64,000 bases of DNA from Thermodesulfobacteriota bacterium (GTDB lineage: Bacteria; Desulfobacterota_D; UBA1144): assembly GCA_036337225.1 (NCBI GenBank), contig JAYZEP010000001.1, forward strand, positions 7,725-71,724, given 5' to 3'. Below are positions 9,748 to 18,989 of this stretch, piece by piece. Positions within the stretch are counted from its first letter, which is position 1, and each line of letters opens with the position of its first letter. The notes below the pieces were generated by a model. That model worked only from the letters and a program-made list of their open reading frames with translations, had not been told where the DNA came from and made no database searches. The position numbers were made by a program, and so were the translations under genes.

Positions 9748-11274
9748 TTATTTAAATATCATTCCTAGTTCTTTCAAGCCAGCAAGTTTTGCTAATCCAA
9801 TATATGCAAATACCGATAGGAAGACTATAGATATAAAACTTATGGATGATCCAAAATCGAAGTAGGTCACTTTAACAAACTCAACCACCCATGAGCTAAG
9901 CAAGATGGACAATATCGAGATAGCAAGAATAATAATAAAATATTGAACAATATTCATTATATCAATCTCATGAAAATGTCTCCTTAATTTAATAGTTAAT
10001 AATACAAATAGAACCAATGCCGAGATTGAGGATGCGAGAGCAAGACCAACAAAACCTAGATTTAAGAAGAAACCAAAGAAGTAGCAAAGAACACAGTTAA
10101 TAATCAAATTGCTGCCAGCAAGCCAAACAGGTGTTTTTGTATCTTTAATGGCATAAAAAGCTTGTGTTACGACTCGTACTCCTGCTACGAATACCAGGCC
10201 AATAGAATATGCAAATAAAGCTTTAGCTGTCAGAGCAGCATCTGCATCTGTAAACTCTCCTCTCGAATACAAGATGGAACATATTGTGGTGCCCAAAAAC
10301 ATAAAGGCCACAGCGCAAGGAGTGGACAAGAATAACAAAAACTTAATTCTATCGTTAATTAACGTAGCAAATTCCTTGAATTTTTTGTTTAAATAAAGAT
10401 TGGTAAAATCTGGTAAAGATGTGGTTGCGATTGACACAGCAAAAATTCCAAGTGGGAATTCAATCAATCTTTCAGCTAAATACAGGTAGGTGACAGAGCC
10501 TTTTTCCATAAAAGACGCAAATTGAGTATTGATTAAAATGTTCAAGTTGTATATCGCTAGCCCAAAAACTTGGGGGACAATAACTTTTATAATATTAGTT
10601 GTTCTCTCGTTGATTACATTAGTAAAGGTGAAGAAGTAGTTAAGGTTGTTTTTGAATATAAAAGGTAATTGAAAACCATATTGGAGCAATGCCCCGAAAA
10701 GTACCGCGTATGACAAAAGAAAAATATCTAACGAGAAAAAAATGTGCGAGATAATTAAGGTACAAATAATTCCTAAATTAAGCATGACAGGCGAGAATGC
10801 CGGTGCGTCAAACTTTTTTATTGAATTCAGAAGCCCCATATTGAGAGCAGAAAGTGATATCAAGAACAAGAATGGTGACATATTTTTTAACAATTGCGAA
10901 GAAACTTCGCTGGTTTGTTGATCAAATCCAAAGGCAAAAAGGGCAATAATCTCTTTCGAAAAAAAATAAAATATTAGAGTTACGAAAAGAAGTGCTAAGA
11001 AGATTATAGTAAAGATATCGCTTCGTATCTTCTTAAAAAGATTATTATCGTTTGATAAATTTAGTTCGGTAAAAAATGGAACTATTGTTGTACTTAGAGT
11101 TCCTTCAGCTAAAAGTCTTCTAAAGAGATTTGGAATTCTAAATGCTACGTAAAAAGCGTCGGTTTCAATATTAGCGCCAAAGAAAAACGCTATTAGCAAA
11201 TCTCTGATATATCCAAAAATTCTACTTATAAACGTTAAAAGACCGACTCTAATTGAAGAAGAAAATTTTACTAT
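9748..11274 (-). CDS. murJ: lipid II flippase MurJ (5' end extended beyond the ORF-track start)
   Basis: Polytopic MviN/MurJ protein with DAFYVAFRIPNLFRRLLAEG. The frame stays open upstream of the track start (TTG at 11199) and encodes IIVKFSSSIRVGLLTFISRIFGYIRD, the conserved MurJ N-terminus. No canonical start occurs before the in-frame TAA at 11295-11293. AGGGAG (11287-11282) precedes ATC (11277) and ATA (11274). Confidence 0.85.
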   Translation of the reverse strand: MVKFSSSIRVGLLTFISRIFGYIRDLLIAFFFGANIETDAFYVAFRIPNLFRRLLAEGTLSTTIVPFFTELNLSNDNNLFKKIRSDIFTIIFLALLFVTLIFYFFSKEIIALFAFGFDQQTSEVSSQLLKNMSPFLFLISLSALNMGLLNSIKKFDAPAFSPVMLNLGIICTLIISHIFFSLDIFLLSYAVLFGALLQYGFQLPFIFKNNLNYFFTFTNVINERTTNIIKVIVPQVFGLAIYNLNILINTQFASFMEKGSVTYLYLAERLIEFPLGIFAVSIATTSLPDFTNLYLNKKFKEFATLINDRIKFLLFLSTPCAVAFMFLGTTICSILYSRGEFTDADAALTAKALFAYSIGLVFVAGVRVVTQAFYAIKDTKTPVWLAGSNLIINCVLCYFFGFFLNLGFVGLALASSISALVLFVLLTIKLRRHFHEIDIMNIVQYFIIILAISILSILLSSWVVEFVKVTYFDFGSSISFISIVFLSVFAYIGLAKLAGLKELGMIFK

Positions 11275-11343
11275 GATCTTACTCCCTTTACCTTAGGGTT
11301 AAAAGTATATAAAATACTTCTTTGAAAATTATAAAGTATTCTC

Positions 11344-12282
11344 ATGGAAAAAAATATAAATCATCTAGACGAAATCATCTGGCAGCTTGACTTAAAGGTC
11401 AACAATGACAGAGAATTTATAGCTCCATACCTGATCAAAGCGAATGATGACTATATAGTAGTTGATGTGGGGCCAACATGTGGCATTCCAGAACTAGAAA
11501 GGCAGCTCAAGGCACTAAATGTCAACAAAAACAATCTTAAGTATGTTTTTTTGACTCACATTCACTTAGATCATTCTGGAGGTTTGGGTACATTATTAAA
11601 AAACTTTCCTAATACTCAGGTGCTTGTTCATCGCAGAGGGGTTCCGCATTTAATCGATCCAGATAAAGTTCTTTGGCAATCTTCAGTAGATACGCTTGGT
11701 TGGGTCGCCGAAATGTATGAGAAACCCGAGCCAGTTAAAGAGGAATGCTTGATATCCCTTGAAGATAAAACTTTTGAAATAAAAGTAAACGATTTGGAGT
11801 TTAGCTGGGTCGAGACTCCAGGACATGCTAGTCATCACTTTAGCTTTATGCTGGAAAACAAAAAAATAATGTTCTGTGGTGATGCAGTGGGTATGTACAT
11901 AAATTCATTGGACACTATGGTGCCAACAACTCCTGCCCCTTATAGAATGGAGTCAGGAATTGAATCTATAAAAGTAATGATGGAAAAAAAGCCCCTAAGT
12001 TTAGGCTTTGCGCATCATGCTTTGAGAGAAAACGCAATGGATCTAATGCAGCAACATATAGATCAGCTTGAGTCTTGGAAAGACTGCGTTAAAGAGTCAT
12101 TATCAAAAGGGATTACAGAGGAAGAAGAGATTGCGAAAGAAATATCAAAAACTGACACACCTTCTGCAAAACTCTTTTCGCAAAGTACCCACCCGGGTCC
12201 ATATGGCGGTCTAAGAAGAGCTTTGGTTAGCAGTATAACCGGCTTTAAGCATATAGTTGAGCAAGAAAATAGTCCTAAATAG
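11344..12282 (+). CDS. MBL-fold metallo-hydrolase
   Basis: HIHLDHSGG (HxHxDH zinc motif) and a downstream TPGHASHH. 312 aa. Confidence 0.8.
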   Translation: MEKNINHLDEIIWQLDLKVNNDREFIAPYLIKANDDYIVVDVGPTCGIPELERQLKALNVNKNNLKYVFLTHIHLDHSGGLGTLLKNFPNTQVLVHRRGVPHLIDPDKVLWQSSVDTLGWVAEMYEKPEPVKEECLISLEDKTFEIKVNDLEFSWVETPGHASHHFSFMLENKKIMFCGDAVGMYINSLDTMVPTTPAPYRMESGIESIKVMMEKKPLSLGFAHHALRENAMDLMQQHIDQLESWKDCVKESLSKGITEEEEIAKEISKTDTPSAKLFSQSTHPGPYGGLRRALVSSITGFKHIVEQENSPK

Positions 12283-12286
12283 TAAA

Positions 12287-12499
12287 TTATAAAGTTACCG
12301 CTTTTAGCTTCACATGATTATTAATCTGTACTAAAATCTTTCTATTTGACTCCATAAGATCATCCGTGGTGTAGATTGTAATCTCCTTAGGGTTCAATCT
12401 GTTGGACCTTGGCCATCCTAAGTGCTGGTTCTGAGAATATAAAAATTGGAATAAAACGATATCTTTCTTATTTTCCAATTCCAATTTAATTGTAGACAT
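12287..12499 (-). CDS. hypothetical small protein (70 aa)
   Basis: This ORF alone fills the gap between the MBL gene and the mraZ promoter. A weak SD (TAGGAT) lies about 8 nt upstream of the ATG. I recognise no family. Confidence 0.4.
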   Translation of the reverse strand: MSTIKLELENKKDIVLFQFLYSQNQHLGWPRSNRLNPKEITIYTTDDLMESNRKILVQINNHVKLKAVTL

Positions 12500-12522
12500 A
12501 GATTTTATCCTAACCTATCTTC

Positions 12523-12551
12523 TTGACTTTATTAAGTTTTTTTCATACAAT
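12523..12551 (+). promoter_or_regulatory. sigma70-type promoter of the dcw cluster (Pmra-like)
   Basis: TTGACT (12523-12528), a 17-nt spacer, then TACAAT (12546-12551), about 48 nt upstream of the mraZ ATG. Confidence 0.55.
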
Positions 12552-12557
12552 CAAACA

Positions 12558-12593
12558 ATGGCGTAGTCTGTCATTTTTTGGCAGATTTTGGTG
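12558..12593 (+). promoter_or_regulatory. 10-bp-phased TGG(C/T) repeats in the mraZ leader (candidate MraZ operator)
   Basis: TGGC at 12559, TGTC at 12569, TGGC at 12579 and TGGT at 12589, an exact 10-bp register between the -10 hexamer and the mraZ start. MraZ is known to bind phased direct repeats in this position. Confidence 0.4.
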
Positions 12594-12598
12594 TATTG

Positions 12599-13036
12599 AT
12601 GTTTAGAGGCCAGTATATACATAAGATTTCGTCAACCGGACGGGTTAGTCTACCCTCAAGATTTAGGGACATTCTAAAAGAAAAGTATGAAACCGCAACA
12701 ATAATCATCTCGCTCTTTGATAAATGTGCCGTGGGATACCCTCTACCTGAATGGAAAGAATTAGAATCAAAAATATCCAAACTTCCGCAGTTCAAAAAAG
12801 ACATTGTTGAGTTTGAAAGATATTTAATTGGTAGTGCAAACGAGTGTGAAATTGATACCGAGGGTAGAATTATGGTGCCAAGCCTTCTACGAAAAAGTAT
12901 GAAAATAAAGGGATCGGTTGTCTTCGTCGGTATGTTATCAAGATTTGAAATCTGGTCTGAAAAAGAATGGGATTCGAACAATAAAACTAGTTTTAGTAAA
13001 TTTCAAAAAAGTAGAGAGAGTATAAATGACATCTAG
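12599..13036 (+). CDS. mraZ: division/cell wall cluster transcriptional regulator MraZ
   Basis: Starts MFRGQY. Has two SpoVT/AbrB-like repeats with the DxxGR motif (STGRVSLPSRFR and DTEGRIMVPSLLR). The track start at TTG 12578 adds 7 atypical residues, so I prefer the ATG at 12599. Confidence 0.9.
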   Translation: MFRGQYIHKISSTGRVSLPSRFRDILKEKYETATIIISLFDKCAVGYPLPEWKELESKISKLPQFKKDIVEFERYLIGSANECEIDTEGRIMVPSLLRKSMKIKGSVVFVGMLSRFEIWSEKEWDSNNKTSFSKFQKSRESINDI

Positions 13037-13943
13037 TTATCACTACACAGTTATGAGACAAGAGGTGATTGATAATTTAGATTCAAAAAATGCTAACACT
13101 TATGTAGATGCAACTTTGGGTATGGGAGGACACACCCTTGCAATAATGGAATCTCCTAAGAGGCCTAAAAAAATGATTTGCATAGATCTTGATGGGGAAT
13201 CCTTAAATCATGCACAAACCAGGTTAAAACAGTATTCAAAAAGAATTCAATATATTCAGGGGAGCTTTGGGGATATAGACTCGTTAGTAAAAGAAAAAGT
13301 CGATGCAATAATAGTTGATCTTGGCATATCTAGTTACCAACTACTACATTCAAAAAGAGGTTTTAGTTTCAATGAAGATTCATCGTTAGATATGAGAATG
13401 AATCAAGATCAGAAATTGACCGCACACAAGATAATTAATTCGTATAATGCAAAAGAATTGTCAGAGTTAATAAAAAATTTTGGTGAAGAAAAGAACCACT
13501 TTAAAATTGCATCTGAAATAGTGCGACAAAGGAGCAAAGAAGAGATAAGGACATCGTTAGATCTCTCAAGGATAATTGAGAGAGTCAATAAGAACAAAAC
13601 GCGCATAAATCCTTCTACAAGGACATTTCAAGCATTAAGAATTGCTGTAAATAACGAACTATCCACCCTGAAGGAGTTCTTGGAAAAATCTTTGAAAATT
13701 TTAAAAACGGGAGGGAGACTAATTGTAATCAGTTTTCACTCATTAGAAGATAGGCTAGTTAAGCAATTCTTTAAATATTCTGAGACAGAATGCATATGCC
13801 CCCCATCAATAATGATTTGTGAATGTACAAAAAAACAAACATTGAAAATTTTAACAAAAAAACCTTTGGTCCCGTCTAAAGAAGAAGTTTTGGATAACGC
13901 GAGATCCCGAAGCGCAAAGATGAGGATAGGAGTTGCGATTTGA
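13026..13943 (+). CDS. rsmH: 16S rRNA (cytosine1402-N4)-methyltransferase
   Basis: H.TVM..EV, DATLGMGGH and DLGISSYQL motifs. Sits in the canonical position after mraZ. Confidence 0.93.
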   Translation: MTSSYHYTVMRQEVIDNLDSKNANTYVDATLGMGGHTLAIMESPKRPKKMICIDLDGESLNHAQTRLKQYSKRIQYIQGSFGDIDSLVKEKVDAIIVDLGISSYQLLHSKRGFSFNEDSSLDMRMNQDQKLTAHKIINSYNAKELSELIKNFGEEKNHFKIASEIVRQRSKEEIRTSLDLSRIIERVNKNKTRINPSTRTFQALRIAVNNELSTLKEFLEKSLKILKTGGRLIVISFHSLEDRLVKQFFKYSETECICPPSIMICECTKKQTLKILTKKPLVPSKEEVLDNARSRSAKMRIGVAI

Positions 13944-14263
13944 TTAACCTAGAGTCAATTACACTAATTCGAGATAAATCAAGACTGATAAATAGCATTA
14001 AGCGTTTTGGCCCTAGATTATTATCTGTATTTGTTTTAATAGGGTTGCTTCTTGTACTTGTTGCATTGAAGACCAATGTAACACGTGTTGGACTGGAGTT
14101 GGCAGATTTAAAAAAAGAGCGCGACACCCTAAACATGAAAAATCAAAAGCTAAAGACTGATAAATCGAAATTGCGGTCTCACGAGAGAATCAAGTTAATC
14201 GCTTTATCGCATGGAATGAAGTTCCCCGGCCAGCAAGATTTAATAAGGGCAAAAAATGACTAG
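13940..14263 (+). CDS. ftsL: cell division protein FtsL
   Basis: 107 aa with a single TM segment (LLSVFVLIGLLLVLVAL) followed by a coiled-coil region. Lies between rsmH and ftsI. The TTG start overlaps the rsmH stop. Confidence 0.7.
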   Translation: MINLESITLIRDKSRLINSIKRFGPRLLSVFVLIGLLLVLVALKTNVTRVGLELADLKKERDTLNMKNQKLKTDKSKLRSHERIKLIALSHGMKFPGQQDLIRAKND

Positions 14264-16166
14264 GTTTATAAACCAACTTAAAGAAGATGACAATAAGTTT
14301 AAAAAAAGATCTAAGATAATAAAGCTTGGCCTTTATTTGTCCTTGTTGATAATATTTGGGAAAGTCTTCTATTTGCAAATAATTGACAACAAGAAGCCAT
14401 TAAAATTTGCCAGACAGGAAGAAAAGCCACTTAACGTTGCTGGGCAGAGAGGTGAGATACGAGACTCAGACGGTACACCTCTGGCTGTCAGTGAACCAGC
14501 CCCATCTATTCATATCAATCCCAGAGAGATTAAGGACAAACCTTATTATATAAAACAACTTTCTAAAATTCTCGACATATCCAAAAAAACGCTGTCTAAC
14601 AAATTAGCATCAAAAAAACAATTTGTTTACATAAAGAGACACGCAACTTTTGAAGAAGCAGAAAAAATAAAAAAATTAAACCTAACATTAAAGAAGCTGG
14701 GATATACACAATTAGGAATACAAATTGAGCAGAAAAGAGTATACCCGCAGCACCACCTGGCAGGACAGGTTTTAGGGCATACAAGCAAATATGATCTAAT
14801 AGGGCTCGAGGGTATAGAAAAGCAATATAATCGATACTTAAAAGGAGAAGAAAAAACAATAAAAATTTATAAAGATGGGCGTGGAAAAACAATAACAAAA
14901 AATATTACGGAAAGTGATAAAGCGAAGAAAGGTTACAACCTAACTCTGACAATAAAAAGTAACTGGCAAATGATTTTAGAAGATGTGTTAGCCGCACAAG
15001 TTAAGAAGGCTAACGCACTTAATGGATATGGGGTAATAATGCATCCAAAGACAGGAGAAATTTATGCAATGGTATCCTACCCATTTTTTAATCCCAATAA
15101 CTACTCTCATGAAAACCACAGTTACAAAAAGAACTTGCCTGTTTGGAAAACATTCGAACCCGGTTCGGTTATGAAAAGTGTTTTAGTTGCCTCCGCTTTA
15201 AATGAGCGTGTAATAGAAGAGCATTCCATACTCGATTGCGAAAACGGTGAGAGGAGAATTGGGAATCACACGATTCATGATATTAACAAAAGGGGGGAAT
15301 CGAATATTACAGAAATTCTAGTATATTCAAGTAATATTTGTGCCTCAAAAATTGCGGACAAAATGCCGAATGAAACATACCACACTTATTTGACATCTAG
15401 ATTTGGCTTCGGGAAGAAGACAAATATCGATATTCCTGGTGAAGCAAAAGGAAAAGTGCTACAACCAGGAAAATGGGGTGACATTGAACGTGCGAATATA
15501 GCATTTGGTCAAGGAATAGCGGTTTCTTCAATTCAACTTGCACAGGCTGTGTCAATTATAGCTAATGGTGGAAATTTTGTTGACCCGTATTTGGTAAAAT
15601 CAATTGATAGCTCAGACGGTGAGAATATATGGAGAAAGAAATATAAAAGAGGGGATAGGGTCCTTCGGTATGAAACAAGTAAGAAAATGAGAAGGATGCT
15701 GCAAGTAGTAGTCGAGCGAGGTGCAAAAAAAGCCAGAATAAAAGGTGTTAGCGTATCAGGGAAGACAGGAACAGCTCAAAAGGTTATCAATGGAAAGTAT
15801 AGCAAGAAAAATATTGTATCTATAATTGGCTTTCTTCCTTCAGAGAACCCGCAGCTCGTAGCAGTAATTACCATAGATGAACCGAAAGGCCAAAATGCAT
15901 ACGGAGGCATATGGGCTGCCCCGGTCTTTAGAGATGCTATGGAAAGAATTTGGTTAAACGAAGATAATATAGAAAAACTTGCGAGTAATGATAGTGTTCC
16001 TTCTTTTATCGGTATAGGAAAAAGAGAGGCACTAAGGATAGCTGAGGCAAAGAAGATAAAAATTAAAATTCATGGAAATGGTTTTGTACACAGACAAGAT
16101 CCAGTAGCGGGAGAGAAGTACGAATCGAACGATGAAATTAGACTCTTCTTAGAGCCAGGCATCTGA
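14256..16166 (+). CDS. ftsI: peptidoglycan D,D-transpeptidase FtsI (PBP3)
   Basis: N-terminal TM anchor and the penicillin-binding motifs SVMK (SxxK), SSN and KTGT. Confidence 0.92.
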   Translation: MTRFINQLKEDDNKFKKRSKIIKLGLYLSLLIIFGKVFYLQIIDNKKPLKFARQEEKPLNVAGQRGEIRDSDGTPLAVSEPAPSIHINPREIKDKPYYIKQLSKILDISKKTLSNKLASKKQFVYIKRHATFEEAEKIKKLNLTLKKLGYTQLGIQIEQKRVYPQHHLAGQVLGHTSKYDLIGLEGIEKQYNRYLKGEEKTIKIYKDGRGKTITKNITESDKAKKGYNLTLTIKSNWQMILEDVLAAQVKKANALNGYGVIMHPKTGEIYAMVSYPFFNPNNYSHENHSYKKNLPVWKTFEPGSVMKSVLVASALNERVIEEHSILDCENGERRIGNHTIHDINKRGESNITEILVYSSNICASKIADKMPNETYHTYLTSRFGFGKKTNIDIPGEAKGKVLQPGKWGDIERANIAFGQGIAVSSIQLAQAVSIIANGGNFVDPYLVKSIDSSDGENIWRKKYKRGDRVLRYETSKKMRRMLQVVVERGAKKARIKGVSVSGKTGTAQKVINGKYSKKNIVSIIGFLPSENPQLVAVITIDEPKGQNAYGGIWAAPVFRDAMERIWLNEDNIEKLASNDSVPSFIGIGKREALRIAEAKKIKIKIHGNGFVHRQDPVAGEKYESNDEIRLFLEPGI

Positions 16167-16170
16167 TGCT

Positions 16171-17637
16171 ATGCAGCGTATATATAACAACCAAGTCTTC
16201 AGTAAGTTCAAAAAGATAAAAAATATTACCAGTAACTCAAAAGGGGTAAAAAAGGGTGATATTTTTTTTGCTATCAGTGGAGGCACTGATAATGGTAACT
16301 TGTATATCAAAGAAGCAATACTTAATGGGGCCATTGGTATTGTAAGTGAAAGCAAAGAGAGTCTGAGGGTTGCAGAAAAAAATGTACAAACTTTTTTGGT
16401 AAAAAATTCCAGAAACTCTTACTCGCATGCATGTGTAGAATTTTTCTCTAGACCTTCTTCGGACCTTCAAGTCTGTGGTATCACAGGGACGAATGGAAAG
16501 ACCTCCATAGCACATTTATTAAAAGAAATTTGGAAGAAGCAAAATTCCGGTCTTATAGGAACTATAGAAACAAACTTTGCCGGGACAAAAGTCCCATCTT
16601 CACTAACTACGCCTGACAGCTACCAACTAAATAAATTTCTTAAAGAAATGAAAAAAAAGAAAGTAAAAAAAGTTTTTATTGAAGTTTCATCTCATGCATT
16701 GGACATGTCGAGAGTAGACTATATACAGTTTGACTCTTGTATTTTTACGAATCTGACCAGAGATCATCTGGATTTTCATAAAACTATGGGATCGTATTTT
16801 AATGCTAAAGCAAAATTATTTTTAGATAACTTATACAGTAGTCGTAAAAAAAACAAACTAGCAATTGTAAACTTAGATGACAAATGGGGTAGCAAATTAA
16901 TTAAATTAATTGGTAAAAAAATTAATGTTGTGACCTACTCTCTTAAAGATAGAAAAGCAGATTTTTATTTAGAAAACATTGTCAAGAAAAATCAGAAATC
17001 GAATTTATTTATCAAGAGTGGCGATAAAGAGTACAAGGTAGAGACACTTTTGTTTGGCGACCATAATTTTCAAAATATTCTTGCAAGTTTCGCATACTCT
17101 ATTATGAAAGGGTTAGATATAAAAGAGATACAAAAGAGAATTAAAAATTACACCGGGGCTCCGGGCAGGCTTCAAAGGGTTAAAAATACAGAGCTAGAAA
17201 TATTTATTGACTATGCCCACACTCCCGACGCACTTAAAAAATCAATTATTTCTTTAAAAAAACATTTCTCTGATAAAAATATAGTTGTTCTTTTTGGATG
17301 TGGTGGCAATAGGGATGTTGGAAAGCGGGAGAAAATGGGTGGGGTTGCCGAAAAATTTGCAGACAAAATTGTCGTTACTTCCGATAATCCAAGGTTCGAA
17401 AATCCCAAAGTAATAATAGATCATATTTGCAAAGGCTTTAAGGCAGATAAAAAGAAACTAAAGAAAACCATAGTTAATAGAAAAGAGGCCATTAGTTGGT
17501 CAGTACGCAATATGAAGAGGAGCGAGGTATTATTAATTGCTGGAAAAGGGCATGAGAATTATCAAGCAATAAAGGGGATAAATTTTAAATTCTCTGATTA
17601 TAACGAAGTTAAAAAATGTCTGAAGATAATAAATTAG
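16171..17637 (+). CDS. murE: UDP-N-acetylmuramoyl-L-alanyl-D-glutamate--2,6-diaminopimelate ligase
   Basis: Mur ligase P-loop GITGTNGKTS, and the DNPR motif (TSDNPRFENP) typical of DAP-adding MurE. Confidence 0.92.
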   Translation: MQRIYNNQVFSKFKKIKNITSNSKGVKKGDIFFAISGGTDNGNLYIKEAILNGAIGIVSESKESLRVAEKNVQTFLVKNSRNSYSHACVEFFSRPSSDLQVCGITGTNGKTSIAHLLKEIWKKQNSGLIGTIETNFAGTKVPSSLTTPDSYQLNKFLKEMKKKKVKKVFIEVSSHALDMSRVDYIQFDSCIFTNLTRDHLDFHKTMGSYFNAKAKLFLDNLYSSRKKNKLAIVNLDDKWGSKLIKLIGKKINVVTYSLKDRKADFYLENIVKKNQKSNLFIKSGDKEYKVETLLFGDHNFQNILASFAYSIMKGLDIKEIQKRIKNYTGAPGRLQRVKNTELEIFIDYAHTPDALKKSIISLKKHFSDKNIVVLFGCGGNRDVGKREKMGGVAEKFADKIVVTSDNPRFENPKVIIDHICKGFKADKKKLKKTIVNRKEAISWSVRNMKRSEVLLIAGKGHENYQAIKGINFKFSDYNEVKKCLKIIN

Positions 17638-18989
17638 CAAGCCTGTACTTTGAGGAGTTCATAAAGAATTACGAAGGGACTATAAGTATAAATCCAAGAT
17701 TGAATCTGCATGAATTCAATTCCATCTCAACGGACACGAGAACAATAGAAAAGGGTAATTTATTTTTAGCTCTAGATGGAGAAAATTTTCATGGTAGTGC
17801 ATTTATAGATATCGCAATTCAGAAAGGTGCAAGCTTTTTTGTGTCAGACAACAAAGCACAAGCAGGAAATGGGATTCTAGTTAAATCGTCTAATAAATTC
17901 CTAGAGGATTTCGCAGCTTTTATTCTTGAAAAGAGTAAGGATCTAAAAATTTTTGGTATTACCGGCACAAACGGTAAAACGTCAACAAAAGATTTATTAA
18001 AATTGATTTTATCCAAAAAATTTGAGGTTTTGGCAACCAAAGGGAACCTGAATAATTTAATTGGATTACCTTTGACAATTCTTAATCTAAAAAAAACTGA
18101 TAAAGTATTAGTTCTTGAAATGGGAACAAATTCAAAGGGTGAGATACAGAGGTTGGCAAATATAGCAAGACCTGGTTTTGCAACAATTACTAATATTGGG
18201 AAAGGTCATACCGAAAAACTCGAAGACGAAAAGACTGTGTTTGAAGAAAAGAAGAACATAACAAAGTTTTTTAATCAAGAGTGTGTATTTGCGTTTAATT
18301 TGGACGATTATTTTTTAAAAAATTATTTTTCCGAAATCAATTGTAATAAAATTTCGTTTGGTATACAGGCAAATGCTGATGTAGTCGCCAAAAACATCGC
18401 GGACGATTTCTCTAGGTTCAATTTGTGCTTCTTGGATCAATTGGTAAGTGTTAATTTAAAAGCCCCAGGCATTAATAATATTTACAACTCTCTATGCTCC
18501 GCCTCTTTAGCACTGAAGGCAGGTTTAGAGTTAGATACCATCAGGGAAGGGATTGAAGAGTTTGATGGAATTAGTAACAGATTTAAAATAATCAAACTCG
18601 ATAATGGCAATTTAATAATTAACGACACATATAATGCAAATCCAAATTCAATGTTAGCGGCGATAGAGATGACAAATAAAATTTTTCCCGGAAAAAAGAA
18701 GATTGCTATCCTAGGTGATATGCTCGAACTTGGTAAAATATCAAGAGAAGAGCATGTCAAAATTGGTGATGCAATAGTTAGGAATAATTTTGAAGAGCTT
18801 TATACGTTGGGTAAACATTCGGGAGATTATCGTGAAGGTATAGACAAGAAAATTAAGTACGTTAACATCCGTAACCACCAGGAGATTAAAGACTACATCA
18901 ATTTAAGTTCTTTGGTTAATACGGTTATCCTAGTTAAAGGATCAAGGGGCATGAGAATGGAAGACATTTTCGACTCCCTAGATATTTAA
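17616..18989 (+). CDS. murF: UDP-N-acetylmuramoyl-tripeptide--D-alanyl-D-alanine ligase
   Basis: Mur ligase P-loop GITGTNGKTSTK. Position after murE. Confidence 0.9.
   Translation: MSEDNKLASLYFEEFIKNYEGTISINPRLNLHEFNSISTDTRTIEKGNLFLALDGENFHGSAFIDIAIQKGASFFVSDNKAQAGNGILVKSSNKFLEDFAAFILEKSKDLKIFGITGTNGKTSTKDLLKLILSKKFEVLATKGNLNNLIGLPLTILNLKKTDKVLVLEMGTNSKGEIQRLANIARPGFATITNIGKGHTEKLEDEKTVFEEKKNITKFFNQECVFAFNLDDYFLKNYFSEINCNKISFGIQANADVVAKNIADDFSRFNLCFLDQLVSVNLKAPGINNIYNSLCSASLALKAGLELDTIREGIEEFDGISNRFKIIKLDNGNLIINDTYNANPNSMLAAIEMTNKIFPGKKKIAILGDMLELGKISREEHVKIGDAIVRNNFEELYTLGKHSGDYREGIDKKIKYVNIRNHQEIKDYINLSSLVNTVILVKGSRGMRMEDIFDSLDI

Noticed and set aside
12571-12981. 136-aa ORF antisense to mraZ
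   Set aside because: It overlaps mraZ almost completely and runs into the Pmra leader. mraZ on the plus strand has the diagnostic motifs, and this ORF has none.
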